Shown piece by piece: positions 10,234 through 21,900 of a stretch of 62,605 nucleotides of DNA. Below the pieces are notes generated by a model. The model was not told the origin of the DNA. It was given only the letters and a program-made list of their open reading frames with translations, and searched no databases. This stretch comes from a virus (taxonomy: Duplodnaviria > Caudoviricetes), in the IMG/VR virus record IMGVR_UViG_3300048110_000198, positions 1 to 62,605 of that record; one strand, written 5' to 3'. The position numbers and the translations under genes are program-made. Position 1 is the first letter of the stretch, and each line of letters starts with the position of its first letter.

Positions 10234-11208
10234 TTAAAGTTCAGAAATATGTGAATAAGTTGGTGTAGGAGATACAACGCCATCGCCCGATGCATCATTA
10301 TCATCTGCACGTTGCTGATCAATCGTTACAGTAAGTGTGCCTTCTGTGTAGTCAGAGCCTGTCCATGATCCACCGCCATCATTTGTCCATGTACCTGTAT
10401 CAGATACGTGACCATCTTGATATTCTACTTTAATGTCAATTGCCGAACCATTTGTTTTAGCATAAATGTTAACTGTGTTACTTACATAATCACCAGTGCC
10501 ACCTTTAGTATACACTAATGCATATGTTGTCGTAAGACTTGAAAAGCCCACGCCCGGAGTACCAACATTTGCTGAACTTTCAGTAAGGTTGTTTGACATT
10601 TTTACAATCGAAATTAAAGAAAGTAAGTCTGCCCATGAATCACTCTGTGCATGTGATACATCGTAGCCAGTCAATTCACTTGAAATACGAATTTCGCCGC
10701 CCGCATTGAAGAAATTTCTCATTGCATTTGCATCAGCAAAAGAAGTCTTAAACTCATATGTCTGTGGATTATCATTATTATCCCAATGATTGCCTGTTGC
10801 AGTTGGGTCAACAAACGTCTTTGATGAAGAGATTTTGTTTGTGTCTGTTGTCATTAAAGAAACATCATAGTTCAATTTATTAGAACGAACACTTGCAATA
10901 TCTGCTTCAAGTGTAGGAATGATTTCAATGATCTTATTAGGTGCAGGAAAATCTGCATCGCTTGTACTAGTAGGAATAGTAATAGTTGTATTTTGGTGTT
11001 GTGCAGCAAACTTTATGGATGTTAATAACGCATCCCAGTCTGCTGCACGAACTTTTGAACCGGCAGTCACAAGTGTTACTACTAATTGGTTTTGGCCATA
11101 ACCTGAATCACCTGCCCCTAATCCAACAATTTCATTGATATCGTTTGCGAAACCGTTGAAATCAGATGCTCTGATTTTGCCTCCAAGATAGTAACTTTGC
11201 GGTGCCAT
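10234..11208 (-). CDS. Virion structural protein (baseplate/tail associated), paralog of 11225..12142
   Basis: Gly/Ser/Thr-rich; shares GYGQ/GYNQ, F.AGGEIRIS, SW..L and Y.SN...I.A motifs with the neighbour; lies at the end of the baseplate module. Confidence 0.6.
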   Translation of the reverse strand: MAPQSYYLGGKIRASDFNGFANDINEIVGLGAGDSGYGQNQLVVTLVTAGSKVRAADWDALLTSIKFAAQHQNTTITIPTSTSDADFPAPNKIIEIIPTLEADIASVRSNKLNYDVSLMTTDTNKISSSKTFVDPTATGNHWDNNDNPQTYEFKTSFADANAMRNFFNAGGEIRISSELTGYDVSHAQSDSWADLLSLISIVKMSNNLTESSANVGTPGVGFSSLTTTYALVYTKGGTGDYVSNTVNIYAKTNGSAIDIKVEYQDGHVSDTGTWTNDGGGSWTGSDYTEGTLTVTIDQQRADDNDASGDGVVSPTPTYSHISEL

Positions 11209-11224
11209 TTAATCGTCCTCTTTA

Positions 11225-12142
11225 TTACAGTGTATTTGTTACACTGAATGTTGGGTTAGTTAAAGAAACTGAACCTGATGCATTTGAAAGTTTCAATGAA
11301 GAAACGTTCACAGTTGATGTACCTGGTACGGTATCTGAACCAGTCCACGACCATGCGCCACCATAACCAGAACCTGAACCAGAACGTGCTACGTGTGCGT
11401 CTACCAGACGTGTAGTAACATAGATATCTGAGCCAGATTTGTAAGCAGAAATGTCTGCGTAGTTAGATGAGTAATCACCATCGTTAGCATATTCACGTTT
11501 GATATATGCGTTTGATGTTGTTAAATCTGAATATTTTTTACGTGTTGATGCATCAAGTGTAGTTGAATCTGTTGCACGTAGTGAAATACGATATGTTCCC
11601 ATTTCACCAGTTAGTTGTTCCCAAGAATCACCCTGCGAATTACCTGATGTGTCATTGTGTGACATTGAAATACGAATTTCACCACCAGCTGCGAACCATG
11701 CATTCATGTTTGCAGTTGAACCGAAAGATACTTTCGTTACTGTGTCACGTGTGCCATTCCAGTTAGAAACAGTCTGTGATGTTTCTGTTGAAGTTGACAT
11801 GTCCCAACCCGAAGAATAACTCCACGGTGAATTGAAACGTGTATCAATATCAGTTTCGAATGCCGATGCATCTTCAGCATAGTGAGACCATGCAACCACT
11901 GTACCAGCATTTACTGCTGTGAATGGGTTTGTAATATTGTAATAGTTTGAAATTTTTGCTGCTGCCGAGTAAAGTGAATCGAAGTATGCATCATCGATTA
12001 AGTCACCTGTACTTGGATTTCCAGCAATTGAATGTCCTTGATTGTACCCGCCTGCAACACCTGTTCCGTTGAGAATAGTGTTCATCTTGGTACGTAGGCT
12101 TGCAAATGGGTCATTTGCATTGATAATAGATCCTACAGCCAT
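11225..12142 (-). CDS. Virion structural protein (baseplate/tail associated)
   Basis: Gly/Ser/Thr-rich, WFAAGGEIRIS motif, paralog of 10234..11208. Confidence 0.6.
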   Translation of the reverse strand: MAVGSIINANDPFASLRTKMNTILNGTGVAGGYNQGHSIAGNPSTGDLIDDAYFDSLYSAAAKISNYYNITNPFTAVNAGTVVAWSHYAEDASAFETDIDTRFNSPWSYSSGWDMSTSTETSQTVSNWNGTRDTVTKVSFGSTANMNAWFAAGGEIRISMSHNDTSGNSQGDSWEQLTGEMGTYRISLRATDSTTLDASTRKKYSDLTTSNAYIKREYANDGDYSSNYADISAYKSGSDIYVTTRLVDAHVARSGSGSGYGGAWSWTGSDTVPGTSTVNVSSLKLSNASGSVSLTNPTFSVTNTL

Positions 12143-12221
12143 TGTTTTTGCTCCTAAGTTGACTAGTCATTTAGTTTGGCTTACGCCGTTAAAAATCAAG
12201 AAAGATTTTCCGGATTCTTCC

Positions 12222-12890
12222 TTAATTAATTTGTATTGTAACCGTGTAATCGATTACGATTGTTCTATTCGCCGATAGTAACACTGGATGGAAAGTCACG
12301 TGTGTTAGCATCAATGTTTTGTCTTCGTCTAATGTATCATTTTCAGTCACACCAGAAAGTAATGCAATCTCATCAAAAGTGAATGCTGTTACAGCAGGCT
12401 CATCAAGTGAGCTATCTGTTTCTGGAGTTGTTTCACCAACCATTGTTGCATATGCATCATGGTCCATCTCTACTGAAAATACTATTTTAGATGTGTTATC
12501 TGCTACAGTCTCAGTATTATTATTTGTATCCATTTCTTCGCCTGGAAAGTATACTGTATTATTTGTTTGTTGCTGATAAGTCTTCGCATATAGTCTTGAA
12601 TTACTTGAAGTGATCGGAAGTTCATCATAGACACCGAAAACTCTAGGCGAACGGTATGATAAAGTTGTAGTAGAGTTACTACCTCCATTACCAAAAGCCA
12701 TCCAGTTAATATAAGGAGCAGCACCATCTTGGTTAATATTAGTTGGTTTACCAGCTAATGCACTCGCAATAACATACGCCATGTTACCAGGATGAATGGC
12801 GTTTCTCTTTTGTACAAGTACTTCACCAGAATCTTTATCTGAGATTTTAAGAGTACCTATAACTTGTGATTTTATATTGTCGTTAAACAT
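12222..12890 (-). CDS. Baseplate / tail-fibre attachment-type structural protein
   Basis: MAFGNGG, FDEIAL and THVTFHPV..SANRTI.IDYT motifs resemble myovirus baseplate proteins; late-promoter motif upstream. Confidence 0.55.
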   Translation of the reverse strand: MFNDNIKSQVIGTLKISDKDSGEVLVQKRNAIHPGNMAYVIASALAGKPTNINQDGAAPYINWMAFGNGGSNSTTTLSYRSPRVFGVYDELPITSSNSRLYAKTYQQQTNNTVYFPGEEMDTNNNTETVADNTSKIVFSVEMDHDAYATMVGETTPETDSSLDEPAVTAFTFDEIALLSGVTENDTLDEDKTLMLTHVTFHPVLLSANRTIVIDYTVTIQIN

Positions 12891-12918
12891 CCATTCGTCC
12901 TTTTCTTAATTCTAAGTA

Positions 12919-12926
12919 TATTTATC
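12919..12926 (-). promoter_or_regulatory. T4-like late promoter (GATAAATA)
   Basis: Intergenic xATAAATA motif about 30 nt upstream of a structural gene; the window encodes a gp55-like sigma factor. Confidence 0.55.
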
Positions 12927-12948
12927 ATTTTGCTCAATTGTCCTTTTC

Positions 12949-15900
12949 TTATTCATCCAAATGATTGTAAATCATATCTGGCACTCCAAGAACATGAACA
13001 CTATCGCCATTTTCAAACTTAGATGATATGCCGTTATACACGGATCTTTCTGAGACTGTTAGATTACTAGAAGACTTTTTGTCATATAAAATGAATTCAA
13101 CGTCACCATTATCATTTTCTAATGCAATCAATCTCTTTGTTTTGGATTTTGCAGATTGGAATTCGGATGCTTGATCAACCACAACGGTTGAACCATCAAA
13201 GTTTGATATCGTACCAGTGAATTTTACAGGAATATGATATCCCCTTCCAAATCTATCATACACGTAAAACTCCTTTTTGTCAAGTGTTGTGCGTGTTGAA
13301 TCTGTGAATGTATCAACGGTAACAATAGCTGAATCTCTTGCTTGTGCATTGAATGGTCCTGTATCAAATCCATCTGCACTTGATGTATATTCTATATCAT
13401 TACGTAGGAACTTACCGCCTTCATAAGTACCATCTGCTAATTCTTCATATTCTGATAAATCAGATTGTGTAGTTTCTGATAGTTGATCTTCATCTGTCCA
13501 TGTAGTAGCATAAATCGGTGTTGTATTACCTGCATCAATACCACTAAGTTCAAATCTGCTATGATTACCAAAGTATTTTGTAATATGCATATGATGCAAT
13601 GCTTCAACATCAGTTGACAATGTTTCTTCTTTTGGATAAATGCGTTCTGTTTTTCTTATCTTAGCATGATAAGGTTTAGTCTCTGTTACATAGTCAATAG
13701 TATCCTGATATGAGTCACGTTGGTATATAGCATACTGTCGTAATGGTTTATTATACATAATCAAATCGATATAACTTGTTTTGTAAATCCAGTCTGGGTG
13801 TGTACGTTCTGTATACATATATTCAATCATATCAAAGAACATTGTTTTTATTTCATCAATATCTGCATATCTATATAGCATGTTTATAAACTCATGCAAC
13901 TGAACATTTACTTGATTTTGTGTTAATCTCAGTGAATCCTGTACTGTTATTTCAGATGCACTAAAGTCCAAGTCTAATACCGTATTCTCTTTGTGTACTA
14001 ATCTAATTTCATTATTTACTGGGAAGTAGTATTCATCACCTTCATCATTGAATTCAATTTTGAAAGAAGATACCCCATCTTTGTGTAATTGTATCATGTC
14101 TATATCACGTGTATTAGATAGATAACCATATCTTTCGATATTAGAATACTCATCATCTAAAGACCAATTAGAAGTTGCAAAAATTCCATAATCTAATTCT
14201 ATAAAATCTTTGTATTCTGGGAATTTAGTCATTATCATTCGTTTTGCTAACACAGATGATATAACACTTTTAAAGTTACTTCTAGCAGAAATTATATCAC
14301 TGAACCAACTATCGTATGATTCAACATGATATATTCTAACAACATCACCGCTAGAAATATCATCAATTGATATTACTACTTGATTGCCGTCTGTGTAAAT
14401 GTTATCAATAAATCTATTATTGACACTGACTACAATATGTTCCTGGCTTACTGAATCTGCAACTACCCAATCACATACGAATCTTCCATCTGTAGGTGTT
14501 TCTAATAATTCAAATTGTGAATAGTTTTTAATCTCACTATCAGATATAGACTTTTTAAAGTCTTCTAGTAGGTCTGTATACAATGCTACAGGTGATGTAC
14601 GAGATATTAGTTCCCAATCATTATGTTGTATTTCTCTGTTCTTTGTAATACGGTATTCTAAAGAATAAGAAATTGCATCATTTGATAAGATATTATTATT
14701 GTTAGATATAATAACACTATTACCATCGATTGGGAAGAACTTATTAATAGTAGTAGGTGCTGCAATCATCATTCTGATTTCGTCAATAGAATACTCTTTA
14801 GTATATCTAGGTTCATCGCCTACTTCTGTCCAGTAGTAATAGCGTGTTACCTTTTTGTTTCTAACGTTATCAAAATATACCTCTGTATTATATGTTAGTG
14901 TGTTATCAGGTAGTGTCTCACTAGTAACCCATTGCTTGATTACAATTTCAGAACCTGGTACTAATTTACCCCAAAAACGTTTAGCATAGTTAATGTCAAT
15001 ATTTCCATTTGCATCACCGTAGTCATCATATCTATAATATCTAGCAGAATTTGTATCCCACCATATTTTACCTAGATTTTGTTCTAACCATAAACCGCTA
15101 TTCACTGCAACATCATATAATGCAGGATCGCCCCAAGTAACATAGTCTATATCTTTAGATATAGAGCCTGCAATCTTAAAGTTTAACGGATCAAATAATT
15201 GATAGTGATAAAAACTCTCACCAGCTTTAGCAATAATTCTATCAACAAAACTTGTATCAACTGGTGTTGCAGCTCTATTAATTATTGTAACTGCGCCAAC
15301 TTCATTACGTTGTAGCACTGCCCATCCTAAGGACTGATAATCATCTGCCCATATTTTAGCTGGTTCGTTTAGTCCTAAATTTATATAAAATTCATCAAAT
15401 GTTTCACCATTAAAGTTCGGTGTATATCTCATTGATTTCCAGCGCATAACTTTGAAATCTGCATTACTCGTAACACTAGTGTATAATCTATATAGTCCGA
15501 CTTTTGCAAGAATAGTATCTAACGTCCCTGAAAATGTCATTTCATTATCATCACTAGTAAATATCATTCTGCCATCAGATGAAATACTTACAACTATATT
15601 AGATTGTGTATCATTTATTTGATTTTGAAATTCAACTGCGGTTGAACTTGTAGTAGATGTATTATTATAAGTTCCAGTTGCTATCCCAATATCACTCCAA
15701 GCGTTACCTGAAATGTTGCTAAGTGTGATAGCATTTTGATCACTTATAATTTTTACACGTCTATCAAGCACTTGTGCTTGCGTACCTGTCAGGTCAGCTA
15801 ATGCTGTATTTAAATCAGCAACAACACTGCTGATTGATGTAACTTCTATTAACGTACTAGAATATCCTAATCTTCCCATTGCTCCTGCTGTTACTTCTTC

Positions 15901-18900
15901 TATCTCTAGAATAGTACTCGTAGATTTAATTCTTATTCTGCCAGATGTTACGTCTGCTGATACACCTGGTATATTAAGTGCTAGTATCTGCGTTACGATA
16001 CTTGAAGAAGTAGGAGATGATGTAGCATTATATGTATTTGAAGGGAAGCCGATCTCATTAAATGCTGAACCGCTTAACGTTAATGTTGGTTCTGTCGTAG
16101 ATATAACTAATTTATCGCCTGACATTGTTGCAGACATATATGATAATGCATCAATGTCTTGTGCTAAAGTATTTAATTTAGATGCATCAATTGCGTTGCT
16201 AGTAGACATTCCAAAGTCAGATACTAATGCTGAACCTGTAATTCTTATTTCTGAATCTGTAGTACTGAATACTAGATGATCATTGGAGTCTAAAGATGCA
16301 CTGATTGAAAGTCCACTATCATTAACAGTGTCAATAATTTCTTGTGTAGTTAAACTTTGTGGTACCGGTTGAGCTATAAGCTGTACTGTGATATCTACAA
16401 GACCATCTTGATCTTGCGCTACATCTGGAGTTGCAGGATCAGCATCATCGTCTACCATAACTTGTCCATCAGCAATCGGAGTATCAAATGTAATCACATC
16501 GTTTGAATAACTATAATCACTTGTTGTTAATACATAAGGTGTATCTACTCCGTTGTCAACTGTTATATTTCCTGGTAAGAAGTCAGTCATATCAGTAGCA
16601 AGAGTTATACTACTAACATCTGTTGCAACACCTGTTTGTGTTTCTGTGCTATCTGCACCAGTAATCGGTGCAGGAGTAATAAATTCTATCTCAATCCCGT
16701 TAACTCTAATCTTTTTATTCTCTGATATTATAGGATTAGCAACATTACCTACTATCTCAATATCTGCTATCGTAACAGAATCAGCATTTGTTCCTGATGA
16801 TATAGAAAGCGTACTACCAGTTGTTAAGTTGTTTGCTGTAGTAGCAGTACTCTCTGCTTGTATACTTTGTGTTGCACTGTAATCAATGATCAGAGAAGAA
16901 CCATTAATAGTTATCTCATCGTCTTTTTCACTTGTTACTGTTGTGTCTGCATGTGCATTTGTTCCACTGAATGTTACGAGAGTATTAGAGTTAGCAATTA
17001 ATCCATTGCTATCATATACTACAATTCTTACTTGTTCGTCCGGTGATACAATAGGGTCTGGTGTTGCTGTATCACCGCCGATAGTTATCCCACCTGGAGT
17101 TACTCCTGAACCTGGAGTATACTCAAATATTTCACCATTTATAACAAGCGTATCACCAGCATCAAATGTAGGGTTAGAAATGTAACCAATAGCTTCAACA
17201 CCTATTGCTGATGCTGTAGGAACATATACTGAGTTATCAGTAGTTGAATCTATCTCTACGATTAACGGCTCAAAAGATAAGTCAAAAACAATGTATTCAT
17301 ATAGTGTAAGCCCATTTGATTCTATTTCTTCTTCGAAAACAAAGTAGTAATTACCTTCAATCTCTGGATCAACATTACTATTAACAATCTTCAAATATGC
17401 TGTATCTGATGTTGTTATTTGTTGATTCATCGTAACTTTTAGTTGACCATCTTCTGTCTCTGAAATATACTGAATTTCTGCAATTTCACTTAGTCGCTGT
17501 ACATCCCAGTCACGTTCTTCGTCAAATCTAACCCATGCAGTATCACCCTCAAAATATGGAGTAGCTGATGAAGTTAAAACTGATTTAGTTTCAACAGTAT
17601 AGTTTACATCTTTTGGATCTACGTATCCTGAATCTTTAATATCTACTGCTTTATAATTTTTTAAGTCAGGTAAATGATTGCTTATATCAAAGTTTACAAT
17701 ATGTGGATCACTAACAATATCAATTGTATTGATATTTGCAGTTGCAGTGAAGTTGCTATCAATTTTACCATAGTCTGCTAATTTAACAGCCCATATGTCA
17801 CGCTTTGTCAAATCTTCAAAGTTTGAATTGAAGTTAATAATTCTATTAATACTTGATACTGTAGACTTACCAGCTAAGAATCCTTTATAGAACTCAAGTT
17901 GTGATTCTCTTTCTACTCCGTGATTACGTAAATAATCTCTTGGAGAGTAACCAATCTGATTTGCTTTTAAACTATTAAGATTATTAAGACTTTGATCTAC
18001 AAGTGTATCTCTGTAGTATTGTGTTTCATCTACCATAGTTTCTAAGTTAGGGATTAGTTTATCTTTAGAAACAATGTAACCATCTGCCGCTAACGTCCCG
18101 TCCCAATCTGTTGTTCTGTTACAATCAACTAACATTCTCAAGTTTCTATTGTGTAAGAATGGATCATAAATTGTATCTCCATAACTATCTACACGATCTA
18201 CTACGAATGCTTGCTCAATATCAGCAACATCTAGTTTGATACCATATATAGGAAGTGTGCTTTCCCATGTTATCTTTCCGTTATCTGAATTGAATTTAAT
18301 TTCTGTCGTTGGAATTTGTCTTCCTGATTCGTCAACTACACGATAAAAGTTTTTATTTGTTTCTCTACCTATAGTTGCAACACCATAAGGAGTTTCAAAT
18401 GAACCACTGAATAGAACTGGAGTTAATGTTATGAAGTCTCCTGGTTGATGTACTTCGGCACTCCAGTCTAAGAATTTTTCTAATAGCTTTTCAAAATCTA
18501 CTACTTGGTTATCTTCATCTGTGTCTGTAAAATCCCAACCTATTGCTTTTAGATATGCTTGATATCCAATCATTAGATGTGCTACTTCATCACGTGACGA
18601 TAATATATCTCCGTAATTATATGTTTTAATTTGATCTTCTAATGTTTTCTTATAACCATATGCATCAGTTTGATTTATTCTAGGCCACTCTGGAAGTATT
18701 TTCCAATTATCAACATCACCGTCGAATAATGTACTTGCTGTATGATTCGCTAATGAAACATAAGGAATATTATTATATACAATATAAGAATCTTGTCTGT
18801 AATATTCACCACTAGTCCAAGGTTTTAAATTAGCTTCATCGCCATCAGTAGACCAAACTTTTTCTCCTGATGTTTTATCCCAATCCATAGCAAAAAATAC

Positions 18901-21900
18901 AGTATTAAAATCATCATAGCCATGAACTCTATATCCGAACTCACGTGTCTTAGGTTGTGAAATTAGTGTCCAGTTAGAGTAATCAAACCTAATTGAATTA
19001 TTAGCTTCTTTAGTAGTCTCTTCTGATGATTTACGTTTGTAGTGTTTATTATCTTCTGTATTAAGAATTATATCGCCTGCTTTATAAGTTGCAGTGTCGT
19101 TCTGATTATAAGTTGGATATGATTTATCTAGTGATACTTTCTCAATTACAATTGCACTAAAACTTTCACTACGATTTGGCTCACCAGCGTGAACAAATAA
19201 GTCATAGTTGTCACGTGGGATATCAGTATATCTACTATTAGATAGGCCTGAATTCTCTGAAAGTAGTCTAAAGTTATTAACAAATCCACCTAGCTTAGAT
19301 CCTAGCTTGAACTCATATTGATTGCGCTGACTTGTGATACTATTTGTAAGATAACCTTCTCGTTGATTATGTATTGCTATAATATTATCAACTTCATCTG
19401 CATAATTATCTAATACTTCAAAAGGTTTTGTTAGTATCATTGACAAGAATTCAACAAATGCATATTCACTACTGCGTCTCCATGCCATCTCAACTGGTGA
19501 TCCGTCTCCGAATTCCCAATCTTGATCCATATATGATATATCAGAATTAGATATAGAACTATTAAAGAATAGTTCATTCATTGTTTTTATTTCACCGTTA
19601 CTATCAATTGGAACTGGCCAGTCTTTATTGTATGACGATTTCAAGTTATCCCAAAAACTTGGATTTGTATATTGTATTCCGTTCACATCAAAGTCTTGTG
19701 GTTTACTAGAAAATCCAACTGTTACCCAAGGTTCTACAACAGGATTATCTGTTCCGTATACATATTTCATTATGCCACGCCAGTGACCCGGACTAAGTTC
19801 ATTTACTGCACGATAATTCCAAGTCTTCCAATCGTCTGCATCATAGCTATCATTATATATGTTATCAATATTATTTCTAATCATCCATTTCTTAAAAAAC
19901 GGATATTGAATATACTTCTTTTCAGCAAAAGAATAGTCATCATTTGCATCTTTATACATCCCATATTGTTGTGCTACAATCTGATTATCAGTTGTCGTGC
20001 TTACAAGTCTGTTGTATATAAGAGTTTCAAATTCTAGTAGAATATCATCTGTTTTATCACCCCATGCAGGAGTTAAAGAACCATCATGTCCTCGTATCAT
20101 TTCTAAATCAGGATAATATTCTCTGTCAATTACAATCCCAGGATTATATAACTGATTAATTTTTAATTTCGTTGAACTTGGCGGGATAAAACTTTCTGAT
20201 AATGTTGTATAATATCTATACTCAATAACATCACCTGCTTGACCTGCATAATTATTAAAGTTAACCTGAGATCCGAATGATACGATATAATCTTGGATAT
20301 GTTTTTGTAATTTACCATTTATGTACACAGACAAATTATCGTTAATAAATTCATCTACTGGACTCAAATTTAATTCTGATAATGGGATCTCCTGATCTGC
20401 GAAATTTAAATCAAAATCTTTTGTAGCAGAAGTATAATGGCTTATCTCTTCTCCAAAGTTTATCATTGATAAACCATCAAACACACTTATACTAGAACGT
20501 TTTGCTAAAGCTACTTCGCTAACTGCCTGTTCTAATATTTCTGTAGTAGTCTTAGTTTCACTTCCCGAATCATCTAGTATATCTCTGATAACTGTAACTA
20601 GTTTATTCTTATAGTTACTATACGATGTAGATAAAAATTCTACAGACTTGATAGGATCATAATCATCACGTGTTATAGAGAAATATGCTTTCTTAATATC
20701 AATAGAATTACGAACCATGATACTACCTAAGTTATTAAACCTTAACTTGTCTGTATTGTCTCCGATGTTTCTAAAGTTGTTAACACCGTTCGGCTCACCT
20801 GTCAATCCATCTGTAGTTTCAATCATTCTAACAAGATGCTCATATACAACTGAGTAACTAAGCTCTCTATTGTTGAAGCTCTCATTGTCAACATTATACT
20901 CGACTGCTGGATTTATTCGCTGCCAAACATTATCGCCATCTACTACAACATTATCATCTGTTGTGTAATCTACATAAAGTTCACCTTCAATTGGATTAGT
21001 AAATTCAATTACAAGATCAGCGTATGAATAGTTTCCAATCTGTTTGATCCCATCTACATAAACATCGATATCATTTTGTGATTTAGCATCTTGTGTTAGC
21101 TCTACACTTTCAAATGTACCGTTTCCAAATTCATGTCTTAGATTTCTATAATTAAAGTTGCATGGTATATAAAAAGACGTTTCATTATTATCAACTATAA
21201 GATTAACTCCTGTAGGAAGATCAATCTTAAATGAGTATTCACTATTATAATCTTTAGATACAAGTTTAGGACTTAGTCCAAGTTCGTTATCATAAGGATG
21301 AAAATTACTTGTTATATATTTAAATATATTATATGCATTTCCATCTGAACATGTGAATAACGGTAGTTCCCATTCAGTCACATTGTTTGCAATACTAAGT
21401 CTACTATCAAATTCAATGATAGGACGTTTAGCTTGTTCAATTAAATGTTTGTTCTCTGATGTTATCTTATCTGAAATATCTTCATAATAATACCAAGCAT
21501 TATTTTCTCCCCACCAGTTACCTGACGATTTGTCTACTGTAATATAATGTTTGTTATCAGATTCTTGGCTGTTGTCATCATTTGCAAAGAAGCCAGTCGA
21601 AACCCAATAGTACATACTCCAGTTCACAAACTTATCTGCATCTATGGGTAGATTAACTGTCGTTGAATCTGATTTAAATAAACGTCTGTGATCATTTGTT
21701 AACATACCTTTATTAAACATCGCATTAAGCAAGTCTTCATAGAATATGTTATCGCCTATTGCAGTATTAGAGAATACTGGTTCTAATCCGTAATTGTCTC
21801 TTTGAAACAAATGTTCTGGGAATGAAAGATATACATCTTTTTCATTGTATATACCTTTCTCTCTTCTACCTATAAATGCTTTTTCTTTTCGCATTGATCC

